A DNA stretch of 64,000 nt from Thermoprotei archaeon. GTDB lineage: Archaea > Thermoproteota > Thermoprotei > Thermoproteales > B15-G16. The position numbers and the translations under genes were made by a program. Shown here piece after piece: positions 21,485 through 31,929 of the stretch. Under the pieces are notes generated by a model, which was not told where the DNA came from, made no database searches, and saw only the letters and a list, made by a program, of their open reading frames with translations. Positions within the stretch are counted from its first letter, which is position 1. The number at the start of each line of letters is the position of its first letter. Location of the stretch: positions 96,001 to 160,000 of the forward strand of contig QMRC01000002.1 in assembly GCA_003649205.1 (NCBI GenBank). Reading direction: 5' to 3'.

Positions 21485-21898
21485 GTGAAAGCAGTGAAAT
21501 GGGAAGAATACGCTACGAAGCATCCTCACTTTGTATGCGAAGATACAGTCCCTAAACTACTTGAGGAACTACTGAAGTACCTCAATAAACTGAATAAACC
21601 CTTCTCAATCATCGACCTAGGATGTGGAGATGAAACTACCCTATACGCTCTACATAATAGAGGACTACTCGAAAACGCTAGTAAGGTAGTAGGTGTCGAT
21701 ATCTCCAAAGAAAGAATTAAGAGAATGAAAACATTCTGTCCATTTGCTAAAGGCATCATCGGAGACGTATGTAACCTAAAACAAATCCCAGATAACTCAT
21801 TTGGTGAGATAATCTCAAAGCCAAGTAATAGAGCTTTTAGATTCGACATAGTAGAGCATGAGTTCTCTAGACTTGTCACAGAGGGAAGAAGCACATAG
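21485..21898 (+). pseudogene. Truncated class I SAM methyltransferase
   Basis: IIDLGCGD and VVGVDIS. Homology is lost after DNSFGEIIS, and the VIEH motif appears only out of frame. Confidence 0.65.
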
Positions 21899-21965
21899 AA
21901 TACAAAAATAAGAGTTATGCATTACTACAGATATACCTTCGCCTCAACATGAAGAAGTAAGAGGG

Positions 21966-22685
21966 GTGAAAAGTGAGTTGAGGAACAAATTCTACACACT
22001 GATGCTAAAACTTTACAACAAATGGTCCAATAGGGAGAAGCGTGCCTTTCTTGAATTGCTTGAGTATAACCCCAGAGCTAAAGTACTAGACCTAGGATGC
22101 GGTAACGGCAAATTCACCCTCGAGATAAAAAGGAAAATAGGTACTAGACTAGTATATGGAGTCGATATTCACGAACCAAGTTTAAGAAAGGCTTCAAAAC
22201 ATGGAATCATAGTTGTTAAGCATGACTTGAACGTTTTCCCTTATCCTTTCAACTCTAATGAATTTGATGTTATAGTTTCTCGTCAGGTAATAGAGCATCT
22301 GTATTATCCCGTTAAATTTCTCAAGGAGATCCATAGAATGCTCAAACCAGGAGGTTATGTAGTAATATCAACAGAGAACTTAGCTAGTTGGGATAACATA
22401 ATCGCCTTATTACTTGGCTATACACCCTTCTCTATGGAGTTCGATGAAGGCCTAGTTAAGGTAGGAAATCCCTTAAGTCCTCATGAGAAAAGACTTAGAG
22501 ATAATTATCAGCACCCGCATGTCAGAATACTTACGTATAGAGGTTTAATAGAATTGATGAAGTTCGTTGGATTTAAAGTTGAGAAAGTTGTTGGTAGCGG
22601 GCACATATTCATAACTAGACTTTTTGAAGAAATAGACAGGAGGCACTGTAGATTTATCACGATTAAGGCTAGGAAAGAGCAATAA
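21966..22685 (+). CDS. Class I SAM-dependent methyltransferase
   Basis: VLDLGCGNG, YGVDI, QVIEHL, LKPGG. Confidence 0.92.
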   Translation: MKSELRNKFYTLMLKLYNKWSNREKRAFLELLEYNPRAKVLDLGCGNGKFTLEIKRKIGTRLVYGVDIHEPSLRKASKHGIIVVKHDLNVFPYPFNSNEFDVIVSRQVIEHLYYPVKFLKEIHRMLKPGGYVVISTENLASWDNIIALLLGYTPFSMEFDEGLVKVGNPLSPHEKRLRDNYQHPHVRILTYRGLIELMKFVGFKVEKVVGSGHIFITRLFEEIDRRHCRFITIKARKEQ

Positions 22686-24070
22686 ACCTGTCATTAGGTA
22701 TAGGGGCTAAAGCAGCAAATTACAGCATAAGCCTCATTACGAATTCTGGTCCTTTGATTAGGAGGGAAAACGATCGAGATTATTGTTAGAAATCGCAACC
22801 CATAGTAGGGTAAGAACACATTTCTACATGTGCTATACCGAACCTTAGTTAGCACCTCTTCTAAACAATTTCTTCACAATTAAGTTGTAACGAAGAACAT
22901 GAGCTAGCAGTTCACATTTGCAACTCGTAGGAGGCAATATGGTGAGTTCCTTCTACTTGAGTTGAAATTCGATAACACTTGTATATTGTACCTGCGCCAA
23001 TCAGTATAATCCATGATATGGATTATATTTGCCAACGATGCATCGTCATTCATGCCACTGTACCATATTGTATACCATGGCGTTATATAAGGTAGAAGCA
23101 ATAGGTGTGGCAAACACGTTAGGGAGAGTAAAGAAGAGATTTTAGGATGAAAATTTGCTTAAAGAACTTAGCAAGAAGAACAAAGATATTAAGGCAACTA
23201 GGAAAACCTCCAAGTGCGTTATACAGTAAAGTGAGGAAATGTTATAGTGTCAAATTACTTGTTGAAGACCTTGGTAGCCACATACTCACCTTTCGAGCTT
23301 TACAACAATCCAAGAAATGTTGAAGAAGTTCTTAAATGGGAAAGTATATTGAAAAAGCTCGGGAAGAAAATAAGTCAACTTGGAAGATATATCGTCAGAG
23401 ACAGTGCAGATAACAGAAATAGAATTAAGCTAAGGAGTAAGCCCTTAAACTTAGAAGAGCTATGTAGACTAGAGGAATTGACGGAAATTCGTGAAATTTC
23501 TCTTCAAAGAAAAGACTAAGAAAGCTCGGTACTGACAATGAAATTGAAGTACCGTGGGCAAAACTTCAAAATATAGAAATTGAGTAGACCAAAATACCGT
23601 GTAGCTAATTTTGCAAAAACTTAACTGTAGTCTATATTGTGGAAACGCCCCATAGAACTATTAAATGTACATTTAGAGAAGTAGAATTGGATTTTACTAA
23701 GCTCAAGGAAATCAGGAGAATGTGGCTATATGCATTAAGGTTAAGAAACTTAAGAAGAAGCTTTTGGTTCAAAAGATAAGGTATGGTTTGAGTATCGAGG
23801 ATGTATGTTTTCCAAAGCTAGAGAAGCTTACAGCGCACTAACAAGCTTCTTAGAGATATACAGAAACACTGAAGTGCATGTCGTTCTAATTGAAGAAATG
23901 TTGTTAGCAGGATTTCTAAGCGAGCATAACAAAGTTTAGAGTCTCTCATTGAATTGGAGATATACCGCAAATTTAAGCAGAAGAGAAGAAAAATTGTAGA
24001 ACAAATATATTTGGTATATTTGGGAAGCATAGGACATAGAGCAAAAGCTAATCCAAGTGGGTGTCTAGTT

Positions 24071-25132
24071 ATGAAGAGCATAGACGAGATTAAAGATGCT
24101 AATTATAATTTCGATTTTAAGTACCAAAGAGTGATAGTACCCGAAGTTATTTCTATACATTCTAATTCACCAAAGATACACTACTTCTCCTTTGGAGAAT
24201 TCTTCTATGAAGACCTATTTCCATATACCAATTGCTGTATCAAAATATTCTTTGACTTTAAACCCAGAAAATACTTCATTGATTTACTTAATGAATATGG
24301 TGATGGAAAGTGCACAAAGTATTCAGACTCCGTATTTTTAAAAGGAATCGATACTAATTCGTTAAGTACCATCTACAGGAAAAAAGCAGGTTTTGTAGAC
24401 TTGTTTATGCTTACTAAAATTTCTCAAGATAGAATAGAACTTTATGTTAATAAGCATTACTATTCCTTATTTAAGCTAAGAATAGAGAACGTTGTACCTC
24501 CCGGACTTCATCTGAGAGATATAACTTATTTGAAGTTGCTACTTAACGATTTCCTGACCTTACATGCATCAGCTTTTGCTACAAGTGAAGACGAAGGTTA
24601 TCTTGTGTTGGCTCCTCCAAATACAGGAAAATCCTTTGTAGTTACGAAATTAGCAGAGGACGGATTTAAGCTTCTTTCGGAAGATCTGTCTGTCGTAAAT
24701 TTGCGGGATCTATGCATCCATGCTGTTCCGTACACAGCAACATTCTACCATGAAACATCAAAATTAAAATACATAGCTCCATTAAGCTACTATATTCCGG
24801 TAAGGAGAAAGGTGTTAGGAGAACTCTTTAAAGGCAAAATAATCCCCAAGGCAAAGTTGAAGAAAATATTCATTTTGGAGTACGGTCGACAACCAGTCTT
24901 CGATAGGGTTGATGAAGATAGCGCATTAGTAGAGATTTTGAATCTGACTAGAAATGAGTTTAACCTTAGATCAAATTTGGTCATTAATGCTATCTTGTAT
25001 CATCAAAAGCTTGATTTAGAATCGATTGAAAAAGAAAAATTTAGTAGATTAATTAAAAGGATTGATGTCATCAAAATTAGAGCTAATTCTCCATATGAGT
25101 ACTTGGATATAATAAAGAGGAAAGTAAGGTGA
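24071..25132 (+). CDS. HPr-kinase-like (PEPCK/HprK fold) P-loop kinase
   Basis: LHASAF..GYLVLAPPNTGKS..GFKLLSEDL. Confidence 0.7.
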   Translation: MKSIDEIKDANYNFDFKYQRVIVPEVISIHSNSPKIHYFSFGEFFYEDLFPYTNCCIKIFFDFKPRKYFIDLLNEYGDGKCTKYSDSVFLKGIDTNSLSTIYRKKAGFVDLFMLTKISQDRIELYVNKHYYSLFKLRIENVVPPGLHLRDITYLKLLLNDFLTLHASAFATSEDEGYLVLAPPNTGKSFVVTKLAEDGFKLLSEDLSVVNLRDLCIHAVPYTATFYHETSKLKYIAPLSYYIPVRRKVLGELFKGKIIPKAKLKKIFILEYGRQPVFDRVDEDSALVEILNLTRNEFNLRSNLVINAILYHQKLDLESIEKEKFSRLIKRIDVIKIRANSPYEYLDIIKRKVR

Positions 25133-28100
25133 TTGACTATGCAAGGATCTATACATGGTGACCTGATGGAAAAACTCATACTGATATGCATAGCTACAAC
25201 TATTACATTTACTGTGGGATTTAAAGTTATTTTAAGTCCTGGTATCCCCATAATGGCTGAACAAGTAGAAGTCTACGACGAAGAGCACTTCCTAAAGGCT
25301 GCCCAAGTTTGGGATGATCAGATAGGTATAACATCAATTGCTGATGTACCGAAATACTATTTGTACCACATAATCTACTTCCTTTCTAAAGCCATGGGTT
25401 TTGAAGTGACAATAAAGCTTTTTCTGATCCTTGTTCATCCTGTAAGTTTCTTAACTAGCTACTACTTTTTAAAGAAAATTTTAATTGAGAAGAGCAAGAT
25501 AACTACCCTAACTGTTTTTCTCCTCATATTAATTTCCTTAGTTTATACTTTCAATCCTTGGATAACTCATCGATCTAGAAACTTAATATTACGGTGGCAG
25601 TACGCTCTATCGCCCCTGCTATTCTACTTGTGGATAAAAATTCTAGAAGATAAAAGATACCTTCGCTACTCCTTCATATTTGCAGTACTCTTTTCACTAG
25701 TTGAAACTTCACGGTATATATCTAAGTTTCTCCTTCCAGCATTCCTTCTCACAATCTTTTATATCACCTTTAACAGAAAGGCAAAAATTGTTGTAAAAAG
25801 GTTATTAACGACAACAGCATTTCTTGGAAGCATGCTTCTGCCCGTGTATCTTCCACTACTACTTACAAGTCTTACCAGCCAACCAACAGTCATTCAAGCC
25901 TTTACTGTCAGTGACATATCTGGTGAAAGACCAATAAATGCGTTTGCATTATTCTTCACGAATTACCTTGGTTCTCATTACTCCAATCCTTACCCTCCAT
26001 CTGACAAAAGACCGTTTCTGTTCCTTTCTATTACTATCCTAGCATTATCTTCCATAATCTTCATGAATTCAATAATTAGGAGGATGAGAGGGAACTCATG
26101 GATATTCATCAGTTTTCTGGTACTTACTCCAATAACTCTGTACTTATCAATGCTTAAAGAGGCTCCACTTTCAAACTACCTGATAAATCTGATGGTAGAC
26201 TTTCCTCCTCTTGGAAGGTTGTTTAGACAAAGCTATCACAACGCTACGTTTCTACCCCTATACTACGAGGTGCTTCTCGCCTCTTTAATTGTGTTCATAT
26301 ATGAAAAAACGTATAGTAGTAAAGGCAAGAATAAAGTAGGACAAATTGTGCTGGGAATACTATGTTTTATAATTCTATTTTCCGCATTGACCTCAAGCTG
26401 GCCCTTACTAACGGGTAATCTAAATGATTATTGGAATCCTACAACAATACCAAAAGACTACGTATATGTGAACAAATTAATTAAAGCTGAAAATCCCCTA
26501 TTTCATGCTTTATGGATGCCTACCTTCGGGGGTAGAAAAGCTGTTTGGGTAAACGCTTCTTCCCCTTATAATCGTCCGCCAACAGGTATATTTGACCTAA
26601 AATCCTCGTCTCTACCAACATATTTGTACACGGAACTCTACTTCTTCGATTACTATAATCCTATTGGTTGGAGACCATTTTACCGACCTTTAGACGGTTA
26701 TAAAGGCCTTAAGTGGGGTAATATTTTCGGACCTTTAAATATCAAGTACTTAATTATCCACTATGATTTATCATGGAACAAATATGAAGAAAAAATCAAC
26801 TACACGAATTTGTATATAAAATCCATCGCTAATAAACTTAAAAGCGATCAAACCTTAAAAGTTATTTATGAAGGAAAGTATTTAACTGTATTCCAAATAC
26901 AGAATGTGTCTCAACGCATTTTCATTCCCAATACTACGAGCATAGTTGTAGGTGGTCTACCAGCCTATGCCTCTTTAGTAGATGTTATATATATTAATGA
27001 ATTAAATGTTGGTGCTTCTGTAATTTTTCTAGATAGCTTAGATATAAAAAGTATTAGAGACTTTCATCACATTCCTGACCACATTATCATAGTAGGTAAT
27101 AGTTCTATAATACCTTTTATCTTAGCAAAGCTAGACAAGAAAATAGTAATACAACCTGCTGCTTTTGTTAAGAGGGTTGTGGCACCTGAAAAAGTGTGGA
27201 GTTATGGCTATTCCACGTCGAGTTACAGCTTTCAAAGTACTCTGAAAAAACTAGGTATTAACGAGTGGGCTTGGGACTTTGATTACGACTGTGGTCTAGT
27301 CTTCACATGGGCTAGATATAGTATTCCATCTAATCTCAAGCCCTCTAATAGAGATCTCATTAAGTCTTGGGAATTTAGTTCACAGGATGACTGTCTTCTG
27401 TGGATAGAGAATACATTATCTAAATCTAAACAGTTTAATGCATTACAGAAGCTAATTTGCATCGATGGTATTCTCAAAGTTGAACTTTACAATTCTACTT
27501 GGGGTTGGAAGACTATTAACTCACCATTGATACCGGTTGATCCTCAGCATGTCTATCAATTTGTTGTTAAGATTCGTGGCGTTAACGCTCACAAGGTCCA
27601 TATTAAGATTGCTGAGTTTGATTCCAGCAAGAAAATAATTGATGTTAAGTGTGTTAAGAATGTTGGTGATGGTACTTTCGACTGGAAAGTGGTTATGCTT
27701 AATTACGTTCCTAGTAACACTAAGGTCCGCTATGTTCAACTTCAAATCTGGCATGGACATCTAACCGATAAGCCTTTACCTAACATCATCATGATTGACT
27801 ATGTTAAGGTTTACGATATCACTAAGTACAGTAAGCGAGTTACTCTTGATGTACCTTTCAATGTGCCTGGATCAGGTGAGTACAGGTTGCTTGTGCGTTA
27901 TTTTGAGAATGAGAGAGGTGGTGCTATAAGGGTTTACCTTGATGGTAGGCTTGTTGCTGAGGTTAGAACTGTTAGTCAGTTGAATAGGTTTGTGTGGAGA
28001 GATCTGGGTACGTTCAGGCTTGAGGCTGGTAGACATGTGCTTACGCTGGAGAATGTTGAGGGCTTTAATGCTGTCAATGTGTTTGTTCTGATACCTGTTG

Positions 28101-28957
28101 AGGAATTTAACAAGATTGTTGAGGAGTTTGAGAAGCTCTTGGAGGGCAAAACCATTATCTATCTATTCGAAGCTGAGTCAGACATGTTTAAAGTGAAGGC
28201 TAGGACCGTTAAAGACGTTGATGCTAGTAACGGCGAGGTGTTGTACCTGGAGTCGGGTGGGTATGCTTGGCAGAGGTTTGAGATTGTTAGGAGTGGTTAT
28301 TATGTGGTAGCTGTGAGGTTAAGTGGTAGTGCAAGGATTGTGATTGACAATAATAGCTTCACAGTATCTTCGAGTGGTCTTGGGTTCTGTTATCTAGGGC
28401 CTATATACCTTGAGAAGGGTGAGCATACTATTCGTGTGGAGGCTCTTGTCAAACCTCTGTACCTTGATGTTGTTTGGATCTACTCTGTTAAATCGCCTAA
28501 CTCTAGGGTGACTGTAGAGGATTTATTCAAGGTGGAGGAGGAGCCTGCTAAGGTCATTCGCTATGAACGTATTGATCCAACGTTGTGGAGAGTAGAGGTG
28601 GTGGCGAGGAAGCCGTTTATGCTGGTCTTTGCCGAGGCTTATGATTCTCTTTGGGAGGCTAGGGTGTATAAGGGTGGTAAACTTGTTGAGAAGGTAAGGT
28701 CTATCCCTGTGTACGGTGTTATTAATGGTTTCTGGATCAATGCTACTGGTAACCTAACTATTGTTATTCGTTATGTTCCTCAGGATTGGTTTGAGTTTGG
28801 GTTGAAGATCTCTGTAACGACGTTTGCTCTATGTGTCTTCTACCTTGTGTGGGATTGGAGGAGGGGTAGGGGTGATAGGTGGGCTGTGTTGTTGGGGGAG
28901 TGGGTTAGGTCTATGCCTAGGTGTTTTAAGGGTGGTGGTTTTCGTGGAGCTGCTTGA
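25133..28957 (+). CDS. Large polytopic membrane protein, GT-C-like (AftD/YfhO-like), with extracellular carbohydrate-binding beta-sandwiches
   Basis: Many TM segments in the N-terminal third (YTFNPW, WPLLTGN), NIKYLIIH, CBM-like regions and a YfhO-like end (MLVFAEAYDSLW..YGVINGF..YVPQDWF). Confidence 0.7.
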   Translation: MTMQGSIHGDLMEKLILICIATTITFTVGFKVILSPGIPIMAEQVEVYDEEHFLKAAQVWDDQIGITSIADVPKYYLYHIIYFLSKAMGFEVTIKLFLILVHPVSFLTSYYFLKKILIEKSKITTLTVFLLILISLVYTFNPWITHRSRNLILRWQYALSPLLFYLWIKILEDKRYLRYSFIFAVLFSLVETSRYISKFLLPAFLLTIFYITFNRKAKIVVKRLLTTTAFLGSMLLPVYLPLLLTSLTSQPTVIQAFTVSDISGERPINAFALFFTNYLGSHYSNPYPPSDKRPFLFLSITILALSSIIFMNSIIRRMRGNSWIFISFLVLTPITLYLSMLKEAPLSNYLINLMVDFPPLGRLFRQSYHNATFLPLYYEVLLASLIVFIYEKTYSSKGKNKVGQIVLGILCFIILFSALTSSWPLLTGNLNDYWNPTTIPKDYVYVNKLIKAENPLFHALWMPTFGGRKAVWVNASSPYNRPPTGIFDLKSSSLPTYLYTELYFFDYYNPIGWRPFYRPLDGYKGLKWGNIFGPLNIKYLIIHYDLSWNKYEEKINYTNLYIKSIANKLKSDQTLKVIYEGKYLTVFQIQNVSQRIFIPNTTSIVVGGLPAYASLVDVIYINELNVGASVIFLDSLDIKSIRDFHHIPDHIIIVGNSSIIPFILAKLDKKIVIQPAAFVKRVVAPEKVWSYGYSTSSYSFQSTLKKLGINEWAWDFDYDCGLVFTWARYSIPSNLKPSNRDLIKSWEFSSQDDCLLWIENTLSKSKQFNALQKLICIDGILKVELYNSTWGWKTINSPLIPVDPQHVYQFVVKIRGVNAHKVHIKIAEFDSSKKIIDVKCVKNVGDGTFDWKVVMLNYVPSNTKVRYVQLQIWHGHLTDKPLPNIIMIDYVKVYDITKYSKRVTLDVPFNVPGSGEYRLLVRYFENERGGAIRVYLDGRLVAEVRTVSQLNRFVWRDLGTFRLEAGRHVLTLENVEGFNAVNVFVLIPVEEFNKIVEEFEKLLEGKTIIYLFEAESDMFKVKARTVKDVDASNGEVLYLESGGYAWQRFEIVRSGYYVVAVRLSGSARIVIDNNSFTVSSSGLGFCYLGPIYLEKGEHTIRVEALVKPLYLDVVWIYSVKSPNSRVTVEDLFKVEEEPAKVIRYERIDPTLWRVEVVARKPFMLVFAEAYDSLWEARVYKGGKLVEKVRSIPVYGVINGFWINATGNLTIVIRYVPQDWFEFGLKISVTTFALCVFYLVWDWRRGRGDRWAVLLGEWVRSMPRCFKGGGFRGAA

Positions 28958-28989
28958 GGTGTTTTGGTAGTTGGTCTGTGTTGTTGTGT

Positions 28990-29271
28990 TTGTTTGATGT
29001 GGTTGTGTCTTTGGTGTCTTGGTGTTGATGTTTTTGAGGTGTTGGTTTTCTTTGGGGTAGTTGGTTTCTTGGTCTTGTGGGGTTGGTGGGTTTTAGGTTG
29101 TTTATTGTTCATTTGTTGCTGGGGTTTGGTGATTTTTGTAGGTGGTGTCTTGATATTTCTGAGGCTATGGGGCTTTTTGGTTGGGGGTCTAGGGTTCCTC
29201 TTAGGGAGGGTCTTAAGCGGATAATTGAGTGGGTTAAGGTTAGGTTACGTGAGGAGGGTGTTTTGTCGTAG
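28990..29271 (+). pseudogene. C-terminal remnant of an NDP-sugar epimerase/dehydratase
   Basis: GDFCRWCLDISEAMGLFGWGSRVPLREGLKRIIEW matches the family tail DDPxRRxPDISKAxxLLGWxPxVxLxEGLxxTIxW. Confidence 0.7.
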
Positions 29272-29350
29272 GCTGTAGGTTTGTTTGGGATTTTTCTTTT
29301 CTTGGTCGGTAGTGCTTAGATAACCTTCAGTGTAGGTGTAGTTCTGGGTT

Positions 29351-30142
29351 TTGGGAAGCTATATGGTTGGTATTGCTACTGAACAGGTTTTGGTTGTTCA
29401 CTATGTGTTGTATAGGCTTGGTAGTTGTGTTCCTGTTACGAAGTTGCGTAAGGTCTTGTTCCTCTGTGACTGTAACGTTGTTAAGAGGTTGGGTAGGAGG
29501 CCGTTCTTTACGTGGGTTAAGTACTTGTATGGTCCGTATTCGAGGGAGGTTGAGGCTGTTGTGGAGTACTTAGTTGCTGAGGGTTGTGTGGTGCGTGAGG
29601 TGTAGATGGGTTTTAGAGGTAGGGTGTATGAGGTCTATACTGTGTAGATTAGCCCTGACTTGGGTTGTTTAGTGAATGTTGTTGGTAGTGATGTTGTTGG
29701 TGTGCTTGAGGAGGTGGTGTCTAGGTATCGTGATCAAGATGTTGATTCTCTCAAGGAGACTGTCTATAGGATTGATGAGGTTAGGGATGTGGGGCTTAAT
29801 GAGGTTATTGTGATTATTCCGCCTGTGATCTGTGATAGGGAGGTGCTGGGGGTGGTTTATAAGTTCGTTAGGGTTGATCCTAGGGACTTTGATTACTGGT
29901 GTGCGGTTCTTCCTTTTGGTTTTGTGCCTGTGCCTAGTAATGTCGATCCTGAAGTCTATGTGACGCGAGTTCTTAGTAGACAGTTGGAGATCGAGAAGAG
30001 CTTGAGGGGGTTTGCTGAGAAGATGAGACAGAAGTACTCTAAGAGGACTCTTGAAGCTTTCTTAAGCTATACTCCTTCTCCGGAGGAAGTTGATGAGTTA
30101 GCTGGTGAGGGTTCTTCCGAGGAGTATGAGTTACGTACTTGA
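29351..30142 (+). pseudogene. Panacea (DUF4065/SocA-like) antitoxin interrupted by two in-frame TAG stops
   Basis: VTKLRKVLFLCD..YLYGPYSREV. ORFs 29351 and 29660 share one frame. Confidence 0.7.
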
Positions 30143-30329
30143 TACTAATGTATGTGTTTACTATACCTTATACGTTCTCAAGCAGATGTTAGGGATTGGG
30201 AGAGTTAGTGATCTAGAGTTATGCTGCTTTAACTTTTTACAGAGTTTAGTGTTGCGAGGTAGGAGAGCAATCGTGGGTTTGGTGTCGGTTATTGAGTGTG
30301 TTGATGTGTTTAAGGCTCTTGCGAGGTGA
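30126..30329 (+). pseudogene. Truncated PIN-domain protein
   Basis: MSYVLDTNVCVY, overlapping the Panacea stop. Confidence 0.6.
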
Positions 30330-30384
30330 TTTTGTGTCGATCATAGGGATCTATTCGAGGTATTTATGATCTCTTTGCTTCCTC

Positions 30385-31272
30385 TTGTTGATGTCAGGAC
30401 TATTACTCTGCAGGATTATCTACGTGCTCTTCAGGACTTTAGGGGGTCGTTCGGGTTTAAATCCTAGGTGGGAGTTCCTAAATCATGCAAAGTTTCTTGT
30501 ATTTTATCACGTATGTTTTTCGGGGAGAGTAATTTACCATGGGAAGTACTGTGGTTCAACAAATCTGACTATAGCCGGACTCGCGTATAGGAGAGGTATA
30601 GGGGGTTCAAGAGGTATCGGGAACTATGAGGAATTTACTATATCCAATCCTAGACCTAGGCTCAACTTGGGTAGAGGAGATGTATTTTACCTGAGTGAGG
30701 TACTGAATCTCGTTACCCATAAGGCATCTCTCTATGTTAACCCTAACTATCTGAGGAAGTATCTATTGGATCATCTAATGCGTATGGAATCTATTTTACA
30801 TAACAGCCGTAGGATTATCTCAGGCACATCTCTAGGTGAGTTGTATGAAACGTGTGTGGATCTGCTGGTTGTCTATGACCAGACATATGCTCTTCTTGAT
30901 GAAGTGCCTGGGAAGGGGCTCACAAGGGAGATAGAGGAGGAGCTAGCGAAAATGAAACCGCCTGTAAATCCATTTGAACTGGAACTAATGATACCAATTG
31001 ATAGGGATCAAGCGGAATTGCTGGCAAAGGACTTGGGGCTACAGTATGCAGCACTTCGAAAGATGATAAGGGAGTACATAGATGTTTTAGAAAGTGCATG
31101 TAGGTTGATTAAAGAGAGATACTTAGCGAAATTGGAGAGGGTAAGGGATTATTTCGATGTGAAGGAACGCAGTTTTATGGAATTCATAGAACGCAATAAC
31201 ACGCGCCACAGAAGGAGTCTCGAGAGGATAATAGGAACAGCCGCGAAGTTTGGGAAGCTAGGACAACTATGA
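30385..31272 (+). CDS. Phospholipase D-like (HKD) nuclease-domain protein, probably N-terminally truncated
   Basis: NHAKFLVF..YCGSTNLT..GNYE. Confidence 0.65.
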   Translation: MLMSGLLLCRIIYVLFRTLGGRSGLNPRWEFLNHAKFLVFYHVCFSGRVIYHGKYCGSTNLTIAGLAYRRGIGGSRGIGNYEEFTISNPRPRLNLGRGDVFYLSEVLNLVTHKASLYVNPNYLRKYLLDHLMRMESILHNSRRIISGTSLGELYETCVDLLVVYDQTYALLDEVPGKGLTREIEEELAKMKPPVNPFELELMIPIDRDQAELLAKDLGLQYAALRKMIREYIDVLESACRLIKERYLAKLERVRDYFDVKERSFMEFIERNNTRHRRSLERIIGTAAKFGKLGQL

Positions 31273-31674
31273 TGGAGGCTCTGGCAATGGAATGTCGCGG
31301 GTAATGATGTGTGCACTGGTGATGTTGAGGGCTTTCTTTCAGCTGTTGCTCTTCTTGGTCGGAACTAGTTTCAGGTATATGTAGTTCATGTAATAGTTCT
31401 CTTCAGCATAAGCATTTCACGCTAGAGGATCTAGAGGATGAACTTAGCCTCTAGCTGTGCTGTAAAGGATTAGTGTGTCTTTCGGTGTAGGTTGGCCACT
31501 TCTTGAGTTTATCTTCCTTTACTGCATGAATTTACTCATCAATGGACGTGTCTAGGACGTATGGTTGTGTGCATGATTTCTGTTACTGAGCTTGCTTTGA
31601 TGTAGGTATGTGCTGTAGCTTGATCTCTCAGGTTAGAAACTTTGAAGTAGTGGGATGGGTGATGCTGATAATGT

Positions 31675-31929
31675 ATGGCCGCTAGGGGTATTGTTTTTGA
31701 GCGTTGTATTGGTGAGTTGTTTACATGTCTTGGGTTTGAGGTTAAGCGTGTGAATTTCACTTTCACGTGCCCTATCCATGGTAGACTTCACGAAGTAGAT
31801 CTCGTTGTTGCAGCAGTGGAGAAACCTCTCATAACTACTTGGTACGTACCTGGCAGTTGTTTTGCTGTGGAGTGTAAGGTAGGTCCTGTACCGGAGAGAG
31901 TTGTTGAAGAGCTATATCTTAACCAGTGA
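31675..31929 (+). pseudogene. PD-(D/E)XK restriction-endonuclease (Mrr-like) fragment
   Basis: GIVFERCIGELFTCLGFEV..HEVDLVV..FAVECK. Confidence 0.65.

Noticed and set aside
21500-27500. Canonical Cdc6/ORB replication origin at the skew switch
   Set aside because: No cdc6/orc1 or whiP gene and no ORB repeats were recognised. Left as a hypothesis only.
28964-29224. C/V/L/F/G-rich membrane-like ORFs (also 92, 2134, 3196, 17540, 32245, 36256, 38901, 53897)
   Set aside because: Artefacts of G+T-rich sequence, or antisense shadows of real genes.
29603-29650. Amber read-through (pyrrolysine or recoding) in the Panacea gene
   Set aside because: TAG is an ordinary stop for many genes here, and neighbouring genes are also decayed.
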